Assembly: GCF_009914755.1 (NCBI RefSeq) | Contig: NC_060932.1 | DNA length: 64,000 nucleotides | Reading direction: 5' to 3' (one strand) | Source of the DNA: the human T2T-CHM13v2.0 reference genome, Homo sapiens | Shown here: positions 42,521-55,788 of the stretch, piece after piece | Layout of the letters: each line of letters begins with the position of its first letter | Position numbering within the stretch: position 1 is the stretch's first letter | Notes under the pieces: generated by a model | Database searches by the model: none | Told to the model about the DNA's origin: nothing | What the model saw: only the letters and a program-made list of their open reading frames with translations | Made by a program: the position numbers and the translations under genes

Positions 42521-42625
42521 CATGTGTGAGCTCATGCATGCATGCATGTGTGAGCTCATGCATGCATGCATGTGTGCATGGAGGAATACATAACACACAT
42601 GCACACCCACACATGCACGCACATA
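42521..42625. repeat. 24-bp duplication with (CATG)n, followed by a (CA)-rich tract
   Basis: catgtgtgagctcatgcatgcatg occurs twice in tandem. Confidence 0.85.
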
Positions 42626-43591
42626 CAACCAGAACTTAAATTAAGACCAGATAACAAAGTGCTCTAAAACTCACATAGCAATAGGTTTCAGTTGGGTGGT
42701 TAGCAATAGGTACAGGAAAAGATTTCTTCACAGTAAGCTGTGAGTTTCTGAGGCACTGTTTTCCTAAAGAGAACATCCCTGGATGCTCAGCCAACAGGGA
42801 TACTGATTTGACCAAGAGTCAGCATTCTGTGGAAGTAGACAGTGCATTCTTAGCTCGGCAATTTTGCAGGGAAGGTATTTGTGTATCATACAATGAGGAA
42901 TCTCTTAATCACCTACTCGTGGCAGCTGAACTGCACCTTGGCTTCTGCCAGGCCTGCCCACTTAGGACGCGGAACCCTGGAGGAATTCCAGTCCTGCCCT
43001 GGAATAGCTGCAGGTGGGCTGGCAGCCAGCAGCATGCACTGAGCGCTGCCTGAACGCTGGGAGGTGTGACCCGGGTGGGATGTAGGGTCAGCATGGCTGT
43101 TCTCAAGAGCATGACACTGAACAGAACACTGCAATGCATATGGACTTTTGCATTACGTCACAATCACGAGAGTTGACAAGTACTGAACATCTCCTATGTG
43201 CTGGGTACCACTCTCGGTGCTTTCAGTCTATTCACCTAAATCTTCCCCACCCTGCATGGCAGGTGTTCTGAGGAAAACCCCACCCCGCAATGACTGTGTA
43301 AAGTGAGGCACCGAGTGCTCTAGGCACCCGGGCTGCAGTCCCTCCTGGCAGCCGCCTTTCCTGTAGGGTGCACGCAGGGGCATGGTGGGTTCTGGAGGAG
43401 GGAGCCCTGGCATGGCGCTGAGTTCTTGCTCAGTGGCCCAAGCAGAGGTATGCTTGCTCCATCCAGGGGGATCAGCTGTGAGCACTGGGTTCAGAGCACA
43501 GGGCAGGGTGCAGGGCTCAGAGCACCTTTTCAGGAGGCTGCAGCAGTGGCCCTGTGAGGCCGGAGAATGAAGGAAGGGCTTGGGTGCACCT

Positions 43592-44170
43592 CTAGCTGGG
43601 GAGCAGTACTCTTGTCCCGGGGTCTAGCTGGGGTGCACTACTCCTGTCCCTGGGTCTAGCTGGGGAGCACTGCTCCTGTCCCTGGGTCCAGTGAAGAGCA
43701 CTACTCCTGTCCCTGGGTCTAGCTGGGAGCACTGCTCCTCTCCCAAGGTCTAGCTGGGAGCACTACTCCTGTCCTTGGGTCTAGCTGGGAGCACTGTTCC
43801 TCTCCCAAGGTCTAGCCAGGAGCACTACTCTTGTCCTTGGGTCTAGCTGGGAGCACTACTCCTTTCCCTGGATCTAGCTGGGGAGCAGCCTTTCCCTGGA
43901 TCTAGCTGGGAGCACTACTCCTGTCCCTGGATCTAGCTAGGGAGCAGTGCTCCTTTCCCTGGGTCTAGCTGGGGAGCAGCCTTTCCCTGGATCTAGCTGG
44001 GAGCACTACTCCTGTCCCTGGATCTAGCTAGGGAGCAGTGCTCCTTTCCCTGGGTCTAGCCAGGGAGCATTGCTCCTTTCCCTGGGTCTAGCCAGGGAGC
44101 ATTGCTCCTTTCCCTGGGTCTAGCCAGGGAGCATTGCTCCTTTCCCTGGGCCCAGCCGGGAGCACTGCCC
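43592..44170. repeat. Minisatellite/VNTR, 28-32-bp unit x ~18.5
   Basis: Consensus ctagctgggagcactactcctgtccctgggt. Units abut without spacers. Confidence 0.97.
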
Positions 44171-44719
44171 TGCCTTCATTCCTGCCTCCTTGCTCCTTGG
44201 CTGCAGCCAGTAGGACAACAACCACAACATGGAGTTAACTTTCTACAAAGGGAAAATGTCCTCCTATTCCCCACTCCCCCAAAATGTATGCCAGCCCTTT
44301 CAGAGGAGGGTGGGAGATCCCCTTGATCAGGTATTCAGAGCTGGCAAAAGACAAGTGGCTCCATTACTTTCTCCTGCTTCCAGCTGAACGTGATAATTGC
44401 TTATTTTTAGAACTGCCTCTGGTGACAGGTCATGAGCGGGCTGAGAGGTAACTCAACAGAGAAGCCCCGGAGCACCAACAGTGTGTACTAACCCATGTGC
44501 GCTCCTGGCATGTGCAGGGACTCAGGCAGCATTTATAAATTCTTGGGATTGTGAGTACTGAGCTGAACTGCTTAGAGCCAATGTGCCGCAGATGGCTGAA
44601 GGTAGACAGAGGAGAGTCCCAGGCATGTAGGGACAGTGGATCATACTCACAGGGGTGCTCTGCAGTCAACAGACTGCCCGCGTCCATGCAGCCTGGGAGA
44701 GAGGGCAAGGAGGGGCGCT

Positions 44720-45279
44720 CTTCTGGGGGAAGAGGAGCTGCCCCGGGACTGGCAGGGGAGTCCCCACCCCGCCTCCTCTGGCATAGGCTTAGCCAGCCCA
44801 CACCAGCACCCTGGGATCTCCACTGCCTGCCCCGCCTCCTCCCACTGCCCCTCTCTCTGAAGCCACCCCTGTGTGTCATCAAAGCCACCAGAGCAGGAGA
44901 CTCCACACACCACTCCCTCCCTCTTGTCCCCTCCCAATGCACACCATCATCTTGCAGCCAGACAATGAGCATAGGACAGCTATTCAGAAAAGCGCGTGGC
45001 TTCGGAGGCTCAGGACATGTCCTGACGGCACCTGCAGGTTTTCTTTTCCTGGGGCCGCGGGCACTGGCGGTGCTGCACCTGCCGCGGGCCAGCGCCCTGC
45101 CTGTCAGCCGCATACCTGGGCGCTGGTGCAGGCCCTGGCCTGCTCCACATCCTGCCCTGCTGCAGTTCTGTCTCCCCACTGCACCACCTCTCAGTAGACT
45201 CTGTGGAGCAAGGCTGTCCCTCCCAGACCTGCTATTTGATTTTCTAGAATCCTGTGGCCATGAAAGAAGAGAAAAACAC
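44720..45279. repeat. Local duplication, copy B of the high-identity block
   Basis: Direct repeat of 39909-40468. Confidence 0.97.
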
Positions 45280-45489
45280 CACTCCCTTAACTCTCTGCTT
45301 GCCTGTTTCCTTTTTTAAAAAATTCATGGCATGAAAACTTTTTTCTCCACTCAGTTAATCTTTTTCTTTTTCCACCTCCCCCTCGCCCCACTCCGTGTTT
45401 TTGTTTTCCTCCTCCTTTTTTCCTTTCCCCTCCTCTTCCTCCTCTTTCGTTTCCAAGACAGCAAACAGCAACTCTGTTCTTCTAGACTG

Positions 45490-45670
45490 AGAGCTTGGTG
45501 CGGGTAGGGGCAGGGCCGCTTCTCCGCAGCGCTTCCGTTGTCTGGGATGGGGTCTGCCGGCGCTGGCTGCAGGGGCTGCACACATCACGCACACATCCCA
45601 CGGCGTAACCGCCAGGGTCCCTGGAAATACGGAAGGTGCACCCACTTCCTGGTTAGTGACTAACTTGAAT
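45490..45670. promoter_or_regulatory. Candidate enhancer: CpG-rich patch with ETS and AP-1-like motifs
   Basis: About a dozen CpGs. CACTTCCTGG lies directly next to TTAGTGACTAA at ~45643-45663. Motif evidence only. Confidence 0.35.
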
Positions 45671-46691
45671 TTCTGGGGCTGCTATGTTCTTTTCTGTGTT
45701 TACATGGATCAAAATACAGTACCAAGTAATGAGAGATATGAAGAGGGAAGCAGCTTGCCTTGCACTTAGTCAGATTCACACTATCCCAATTAAGAACACA
45801 GCAAGTGGACCACGGCATGAATTTGGCTTGTTGGAGCTCACGTAACTTGGATGCAAGTTCATGTTTATCTAATGGGATTTTAGACTTTTATCCTTTCATA
45901 CAAATCATATCTCATTAATTTCCCTTTGATATTTTAGCACTTTAGAGCCAGCATAACAAACACATTAAATCTTGAATGTGGTTAATCAGAACCCTCGACG
46001 TGAGCAGTGTGATGCCAATTGCTTTAGAATTAATGAACTCTTGATGGGATGAGAGAGATTCAAATAACTCTACTGCATGTGGTAAATGGGATACACTATG
46101 GTGTGTATGTCTGTATGTTCTGAGTGTGTCATGAGAGAGATGTGTGTGTGTCTGTGTGTGTGTGTGGGGGAGGGTAGTTGCATTAATGCTGACTCCAAGA
46201 GGGTAGCATTCAGGAGCATTCTGGTGATGTTTACACCAGCACTTTACCGGACTTTCATGAAATTAATTTTTCTAAATTCAATTATTAAAGATACTTTAGA
46301 AACATCCTTCGACTTCCTTATACTAGTAAGAGACTTAAGCAATGCCATGCATTTATTACAGGGAGGGATCCAGAAACCAGGGTTCCTCATTTCCAGGCTT
46401 TTGGTGCCCATACTTAATCATTACACATGAGCACCTATGAAGAACCTAAGCACACTCCGAGATGGGCACACATGTCACTGTCCTGACACACCTACCATAA
46501 TCCATGCATTCAGATTATACTTACAGTTTATTCAAAGGGGGAAACAGCTTCCCTCTTTGTAACATGATGTAACAGACATTATCTCATTCAATCCTACCTT
46601 ACAGAAACCCTGCGAGGTAGAGGCAGAGAGAGCAGGTGTTATTCCAATTTTACATAAATTTAATTTGTGGAGTAATTCATAACCTATAAAT

Positions 46692-46811
46692 AGGGTGACA
46701 ATACATCCTGCTTTGCCTGGGACAACCCCAGATTACATTGTGCTGATGTAACTATGAGCATCTTCTTTCACGATAGCATCCCATTTGGGATGATAAATGC
46801 CATGGTTCCTA
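46692..46811. mobile_element. MER94-like (hAT-Blackjack) MITE among MIR fragments
   Basis: agggtgacaatacatcctgctttgcctgggaca...gatgataaatgccatggttcct. MIR pieces at ~46570-46660 and ~46900-47010. Confidence 0.7.
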
Positions 46812-47604
46812 CCAACCTATAATCACTTTTCACTTATATCACACTTTCAAAGTTCATGTGACCTGTGCCATGCCAGGTGGTATCTTGTGACAGTAAGAGG
46901 CAGTCAGGGCTAGAACATGGGTAATGGCCTGGGCTGCAGGTCAAATCTGGTACAAATCCCAGCTCTACCATGTCCCAGCTGTCTATCCTTGGGCTAGTGA
47001 CTGGCACCTGGAAAGCACCACATTATAATTTATTATGTTTGCCACTTCATTTCATGGCCTCTTATCATTGGCATCTTCTTCTTCTCTAGGTAGAAGCCTT
47101 TCCCTGACATCATCCGAGACGGCCCAAAGAAGCATTCCTTGTCCCTCTCTAGTTGAGGAGTCTGGCTTCCACCATTCTCCTCACAAGCAGGTGGTGGTCT
47201 CTACCTCTCTTCCCTCTTAGCATAGTCTGTTGACGCTCCTCTCACTCTGCCTCTCTTGGTGCCAACAGAGTTTTCCAGCCTAGTGACCACTCCATGTTCT
47301 CCACCACATCTGAACTCTTGTTAAGGCCAGGTCCCAGCCTAATGTCCAGATTCTTATTAGCACCAAATATGAAAGGCATTACATCCAAGCAGGAAACTCC
47401 CACTAAAGAAAGCAAATCCCAAGGTATGTTCAGATGAGAAGAGTGGATAGGAGAGGAATCAATGATCTCACAATACATGTACACCACATAGCAACCCAGC
47501 CTGCAGCCACGAGGGTCTGCCGGGAGATTCTGGAGCTGGAGACACTCACTCACTCCACAGGAGTAAGTGGAGGATATGTGGCGAGAACAGATTTGCTTTA
47601 GACA

Positions 47605-47825
47605 AAGGTCTTCAGCATTAGAACTAGATAAGGTCTGAATCTTGGCTTTTGCCCTTTTCTAGTTGAGACACATAGGACGTTCCTGATTTTCCAAAATCCA
47701 ATTTCCTCAATCTGTAGGATGAAAATAGTAAGTAATGTTTACTTCTTAGGATAGTTGGGAGAAATTAGTGAGACAATGCATGTAAAATGCTTAGCCCAAT
47801 ATCTGGAACAAAAGCGCTCATTAGA
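47605..47825 (+). mobile_element. MIR (MIRb-like)
   Basis: atttcctcaatctgtaggatgaaaatagtaa...gagacaatgcatgtaaaatgcttagc. Confidence 0.8.
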
Positions 47826-48165
47826 TTTTCATATCATGTATTATTGAGATTATGGGGATCTTAAAAATTTAATTTATTCCATTTTCTGACTTTATCATGT
47901 TTCTAAAGGATTCATGAAGGAAGACATGACTAAATGGTTTTAATTAACCTCCCAGACTTCCCAGTGCTTTTGGGCTAATTATTTCTGCTGGGAGGCAGTG
48001 ACTCAGGCTCTAAATGCCACTCACAGAGAGGATTCCTAAATCCTTCTGCTTACTTCCACACTGTTCTCTGTCTTCAGGCTGTGTGGCTCCAAGTGGTGGT
48101 GTCCTCCCTCAGGGAGCAGGCTGCTTAGGTCCCCTTCATCCACACGAGGCTTTGGAAATGCAGAT

Positions 48166-48496
48166 GGGAGGTGGGCAGGTGCAGCTCAGGCTAGGAGAGG
48201 GCAGCCTGGGTTTCAACCAGTGCATCCAAATGTCCTCCACGCTGACAATCTCTCACCCCAGGGACCTCTGTGAGCCTAGCTGGGACCACATAATAGGGGC
48301 AGTGTGGAGCAAAACAGAAAAGAGGGAAGTAAAAATAAATGAGAGGATGTGTGTTTTAGGCGGGGAATATTTTCTTGAAGGGTAGGTAGGAGGCTTGAGG
48401 TCCACAGAAAGCCACAAATGACCAATGGTGGAGCTGGGTCAGTGAGCTGCTGCCTGGGCAGTGATGCCGATAAAGGCACTTCAAATGCAGACGTGC
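48166..48496. repeat. Local duplication, copy B of the diverged block
   Basis: Colinear with 41248-41557, about 70% identical by eye. Confidence 0.85.
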
Positions 48497-48568
48497 GCCC
48501 AGCCTCATTAAGGATGCCTCCATTAGATTTCCTGTTTTTATTACTTTCCCACGAAACTGAGAAAGTTT

Positions 48569-48875
48569 GGCCGGGCGTGGTGGCTCACACCTGTAATCCC
48601 AGCACATTGGGAGGCTGAGGAGGGCAGATCACAAGGTCAGGAGTTTGAGACCAGCCTGACCAACATGGTGAAACCCTGCCTCTACTAAAAGTACAAAAAA
48701 TTAGCCAGACATGGTGGTGCGTGTCTGTATTCCTAGCTACTCAGAAGGCTGAGGCAGGAGAATCGCTTGAATCTGGGAGGCAGAGGTTGCAGTGAGCCAA
48801 GACCGTGCCAGCTTGGGCAACAGAGTGAGACTCCTCTGTCAAAAAAAAAAAAAAAAAAAGAAAGAAAAAGAAAAA
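48569..48875 (+). mobile_element. AluSg-like
   Basis: gatcacaaggtcaggag carries the 2-bp deletion diagnostic. TSD aaactgagaaagttt / aaactgagcaagttt. Confidence 0.95.
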
Positions 48876-50479
48876 AACTGAGCAAGTTTACTTGAGATAT
48901 ATCTGTGAGAAGTGCACTTTGATTTACTTGCTACCTGTTTGGGAGGGCTTGTCCCTCAATGGCAACTTAGACTGGAAAACACTGCAAGACACCATCTGCC
49001 TCAATCCCTGACAGAGAGGGCAGTCACTCCATCAGAAAATGCAGATCTATTACTTCTGCCTCTTTTGGAAATATTACCAAACCATCCTCACAACTTGCTA
49101 AATTGTAATTAATGTATATATGGGTTAAATTTCTATTTTATTATGTATCTTTTGTAGTCGCTCTATGTCTAATGCAATTCCCAATCCTCCCTTGGTTGCA
49201 CTTGATGAGAACTAAACACTAGCTGTGAACGACTGGGCGAGCGTCAGAGGTGACTCTGGGAGGAAATGGCCCCCTGAGATAAGACACAGGGTCAGGAAAA
49301 GCACGGGAGCTACAGAGCAGCTCAAAGGAACTTTCTCCAGATGGTTGTCTTCATAGTTTCAAAGTAATTGATTTGAATCCCCTTTAACAACCTTCTTTAA
49401 TACAAATGATATAACTTTGTGGGGGGAGGCAGGAGAGGCGCTATTACCATGAATCCAAGCAGTGACAGGTGACGACACAAGCAGCCCATGAAATTATCAC
49501 TTTACATGGTGAATGGGGTTAGGGCAGGGACAACCAGCTTAGAATACATTAACCCTCATGGTGTTGCACAAAGTAGGAACTTAGTGAATGTTTTGGATGA
49601 TTTTATGGTGCAAGCAATTGCAGGCCTGGTTTCTTACAAGTGCAGTCTTGTACACAGAGATATTTGCAGGTTAAGAATGCAGGACTACCAGTTTTCAGTG
49701 GTGGTTTTTAAATCCTGTAGTTAAAAAAAAACACTTAATTGTTTCCCAAATAGAATTTCTTCATGCTGCTTGCGAGGTGATGTCTACCTCTCCTAAACAG
49801 GCCTAGCCTGGCTTTCTGGTACTCCACATAGAGTGCTGGGAAGAGAAGGGGAAGCCAATGAGAGGAGCCAGTTAGAGGAAGGCTATCGCTAATCCTCCAA
49901 ATTATAACTGCTCATCCACAGTCCTAACCCACCCCCCCGACAAACCCAGGCAAAGACCAAGGTCAGTCAGGTTGGCTGTACTTAGCGGGGAGAAAAGTCA
50001 GGCCAAGCCTAGCAGTCGGGAGGTGAGGGCATAGAATGGGCAAGAGGGGAGAGACAGCTCTTCCTTTAAGCTACCCCAAGGGTACTTAGATACCCTTACT
50101 ATGTGGTGAGTTAATTTTCAGTGTTACAATCATTTCTGAGTTGGTACAGTAGTGAAATTAAGAGAATCCATCAATCTAGATATTGCAGCACAAGGAAGTG
50201 ATTTGGGCAGTTTATGATGAACGGCAGAGGAGATGTGTTCTAGATATATTGAAAGGCTCTTGAACAGAGCTTATGAATTCTTACAGTCAAGTGCCACGAT
50301 CATCTTAAGCTGGATTAAAATTACTTAGGATTTTTTTGTTGTTGACATCTTTTAGGTTTAAATAATGTCAAGTAATAAAAGAGGGTTATTCATATGGAGG
50401 TCAGTATATACTCAACATACAGTAAAAAGTTTAGGTACAGATGTCTAAGAATAGTACTTTAAATGATAAATTAAAATCA

Positions 50480-51104
50480 TGCTCATGACGGTCCGTGATA
50501 CTGGTAAGGAAATTAAAAGAATGTATATTGCAGGGAAAGGGAGTCTCGTACATTGGGGATGGCAGTTCAGTTGGAAGCCTTTCCTGATGAATGATCTGGC
50601 AACACGTGCTAGAAATCTCAGAATTATGCAGAGACTGTAACCCAACAATTCTACTTTTACAAACTTATTCCAAGAAAGTAAGCACTGTGTTATGTGAAAA
50701 GGTTTATCTACAGGGAGTGTTCAGTATTAGAATTATTTATAATAGCAAAAATGTGGAAACATCTGACATGTCAATGGCATGAAAGTGGTTTAATAAAGTC
50801 AGTCATGATGGAATACCAGGCAGCCATTACAAGTCAAGCTACAGACAAATAATGACCTCAAAAAATGTTCACAAAATAGTAGTACACCAAGACAAAAGTG
50901 CATTTTCAATATGATCATCTGAAAAATACAGTATTCTCTTTGCAAAAATGTAGATGTACTTACAAATGCATTGTAAAAGTCTGGAAGGATTTATACCAGA
51001 ATATTAATCAATATTTTCATCTTATTTTAAAATTTCCTAAATATCTGAAATATTCTTCAGAGAACCTCAATTCCTTTGTAATCAGAAAAATTAGTTAAAA
51101 TATT
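50480..51104 (+). mobile_element. L1ME-like 3' end fragment
   Basis: acccaacaattctactt...atttataatagcaaaaatgtggaaac...gtctggaaggatttatacca motifs. Confidence 0.7.
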
Positions 51105-51810
51105 AAAAGCAGGCAAGTAATATCAACAAGATGATACACTAGGAGATCCCAGCTCTTGTCTCCCCAACAAAAGCAAGAATTTAACAGCTACTTGCCAACA
51201 AAAATAGCTCTGAGAATACTCCAGAGTACAGTGAAGAAGCTGCAGGAACCCATTAAAGCACCCCCAAACCAAGGACAGCTGTATATAAAAGTGTTGGAAG
51301 CGTTTTATCTGCATCACCTCATCTTCTACCCTGGCACAGCTTGGCAACAAAGGGGATCGTTTTGGCTGTGACCTCTCTCTGTGGGGAAAAAGGAGAGCAG
51401 AAGTCCAGTAGCCTTTGCCACTGAGGACCCCAGCAGCTTTTGTCACCATCATGGACACCCACAGTTTTTATGACTGATGGTGCCCACAGTCTTCACTGAT
51501 GCTGACCCCAGCTGATTAAGCTGCCCAGAGTCCAAGATGTATCCACCTGGAGCCAGAGCTGTCACACCCCAGCTGGTGCCTTCACACCCACCAATAGGTG
51601 AAGGTCTTTCCCCACCAAAGGCAGCCCATAAAAGTGTGGAAGAGGTGACTGCTCCTTCGTGTGTAGATATAAATGCAAAGCTACAAGAAACATATAAAAC
51701 CAATGAAACATGACTGATTTTCCAGTAACCAACCCCAAAGAAATGGAAATCCTTGAATTTCCTGACAAAGAATTCAAAATGATTGGTTTAGAGAAGCTTA
51801 GTAAGCTGTA

Positions 51811-52390
<580 letters not shown>

Positions 52391-52818
52391 AGAGAACACA
52401 GTCAGACAACTCAATCAGGAAAACAACACGTGAACAAAACTAGAAGTTCAACAAGGAGATAAAAGTCATTAAAAAACCCAGAATTTCTGGAGCTGGTAAG
52501 TACAATGAATGAAACAGAAAATGCAACAGACAGCCTTAAGAACAGATTCAATGAAGCAGAAGGAGGAATCTGTGAATCTGAAGACAGGTCATTTGAGATT
52601 ATCCAGTTGGGGAGAAAAAGGAAAAAAAAAACAGTAAAAAAGAATGACGAAATCCTACAGGATTTATGGGCCATAATCAAGTGAACCAATATATGCATTG
52701 TGAAAGTATCAGAAGGAGAAGAGAAAGAGTCAAGAATTTTACTTAACTAATTAATGGCTGAAAACTTCCCAAATCTTGGGAGAGAAATGAACACCCAGAT
52801 TAAAGAAATGCAGAGGAC

Positions 52819-53040
<222 letters not shown>

Positions 53041-55788
53041 CTAAAATAGGGTCAACCCCAAGAAGGGTACAATGAGGTACATTATAATCAAATTGTCAGA
53101 AGTCAAGAATAAAGAGCATTTTGAAAGCAGCAAGAGAAAGGTGACATCATATGTAAGGCAATGTGGATAAGACTATCAGTGGATTTCTCAGCAAAAACCC
53201 TGTAGACCAGGGAAGAGTGAGATAACAAAATCAAAGCACTGAAAGAAAATAAAAAAAACCCTGCCAATCAAGAATACTATACCTGCAAAATTATACTTTA
53301 AAAAGGGAGAGATAAAGTCTTTCCCAAATAAACAAAAACTGAGGAAGTTTGTTATAACTAAACCTCACTTACAAAAATGGTAGAGAGTTCTTCAATTTGA
53401 AATAAAAACATGGTAAGCAGCAACATGAAAACAAATGAAAGCATAAATCTCATTGGTAAAGATAAATATGTAGACAAATACAGAATAATGCAACACTGTA
53501 GTATGTAAATTACTGTTAACCCTAACATAAAAGTTAAAAGATAAACATTTAGTAAGAGACACACAATGTACAAAGAAGCAAACTAATTACAAGAACACAA
53601 AATGTGTGGGAGGATTAAAAGTATGGTTTTTGTGTGTGATCAAAGGTAAATTGTTATCAACTTAAAATAGACAAGATATTTTATGCAAGCCTTGAAATAA
53701 CTACCAAAACCCCTATAATTGATATATACACAAAAATACCCAAAAACAATCATTACAAAACATCATCAAATCAAAGAGAAAACAACTGCCAAACAGAAAA
53801 CAATAAACAAAATGGCAATAATAGGTACATAGTTATTAATGGTTGCTTTAAATGATTATAGATTAAGCTGCCCAACCAAAAGGCATAGAGTGGTTGAACA
53901 GATTTTAGAAAGATCCAGCAATACGCTGTCTACAAGAGACTTGCTTTAAATTTAAAGGCACATATAGGAGGAAAGTTAAAGGATGGAAAAAGATATTCCA
54001 TGCAAATGGTAACCAAAAGAAAGCAGAGGTGATTATGCTTATATCAGATAAAAGAAGTATTAAGTAAAAAATTATCTTAAGACAAAGGACTGAGAAATGG
54101 TCAATTCAACAGGCACATATAGTAGTTTTAAATATATATACAACCAATATCAGAGCACCTAAAGTATATAAAGCAAATATTGACAGATCTCAAGGAATAA
54201 ATTTATAGCAATACAGTAATAGTAAGGTACTTTAATATCCCACTTACAATAATGGATAAAATATCCAGACAGAAAATCAGTAAACAGATGACTTGCGCAA
54301 CACTATGGATGAAAAGACCTAACAGACATGTACAGAACTTTCTATCCAACAACAAAAGAATACAGTCTTCCCAAGCATACATGTAAGGTTAGATCACATG
54401 TTAGGTAACAAAACAAATCTTAACAAATTTAAGAAGACTGAAATCATTACAAGTATCTTTTCCAACAGTAACAGAATGAAACTAGAAATCAATAACAGTA
54501 AGAAAATGGGCAAATTCACAAATATATAGAAACTAAACAACACATTTTTGAACAGCTATTTGTTCAAAGAGGAAATCAAAGGGAATTTAAAAATTATCTC
54601 AAGACAAACAAAAACAAAAACCCAACACAAAACTTATACAATGCAGCAAAAGTAGTATTGAGGAAAGTTTACAATGATAAATGTCTACTTTAAAAAAGAA
54701 TAGAGATCTCAGGTAAAAAAACCTAACTATACACCTCAAAAAACCAGAAGAAAAGAACAAACTAAGCCCAAAGTTAGCAGAACGAAAGAAATAATAAAGA
54801 TAAAAGCAGAAATAAAACAAATAGGGAACAGAAAAGAATTAACAAAACTAAGACTTGGTTTTTTGAAGAGATAAACAAAATTGACAAACACCCGGTCAGA
54901 CTAAGAAAAAAAAAAGACTCAAAATCATAAATGAAAGAGGAGCCATTACAATGGATGCTTCAGAAATAAAAATGATCATAAAAGACAATGAAAAATTACT
55001 ATGCCCAAATTGGATAACAGAAGAAATGGATAAATTCCTAGAAATATACAACCTACCAAACTGAATTAGGAAGAAACAGAAAGCCTGAACAGGCCAATAA
55101 CAAATAAGGAAACTGAATCAGTAATCAGAAAGTTCCTAACAAAGAAAGGTCCAGACCAGGTGGCTTTCTAGGTGAATTCTACCCAACATACTAAGAAGAA
55201 TGAATACCAATTCTTTTATTTTCTAAACTCCTCTAAAAAAATAGAAAAAAAGGGCCCACTTACAAAAACTCCTTTCTTGAGGCCAGTATCAACTTGATTC
55301 CAAATCAGCACAAGAAAAGAAAACTACAAGCCAATATCCCTGATGAACATTGGAACAAAAATTTTCAATAGAATACTAGTGAACTGAATTCATCAGTGCA
55401 TTAAAAAGATCAAAATGCCATGACCAGGTGGAATTCATCCCTGGGATGCAAAGATGCTTCAGCATATGCAAATCAATTAATGTGATACAACACAATAACA
55501 AAAAGGAAAGTAACCTCACTATCATCTCAACAGATGCAGAAATAAAGCATTTAACAAAGTTCACCAACCATTCATGATGAAATCTCTCAATAAAATAAGT
55601 ACACTAGGAACTTACCTCAACACAAGAAAGGCCATGTATGAAAAGCCCACAGCTAACATCATCATTAAAATAAAGAAACTTTCTGTAAAACTTCTGGTAG
55701 AAACGGTGCTCATTCTTGCCATTTCTATTTAACATAGTACTGGAAGTTCTAGCCAAAGCAATTAGACAAGTAAAAGAAGTTAAAGCAT

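Noticed and set aside
43592-44170. CRISPR-like array of ~30-bp palindromic repeats
   Set aside because: The units abut with no unique spacers, the context is eukaryotic, and there are no cas genes.
44430-45318. Overlapping 249-aa (-) and 255-aa (+) ORFs as standalone genes
   Set aside because: Both start at GTG in GC-rich DNA that is open on both strands. They resemble no protein I know, and copy A differs by a 1-bp indel.
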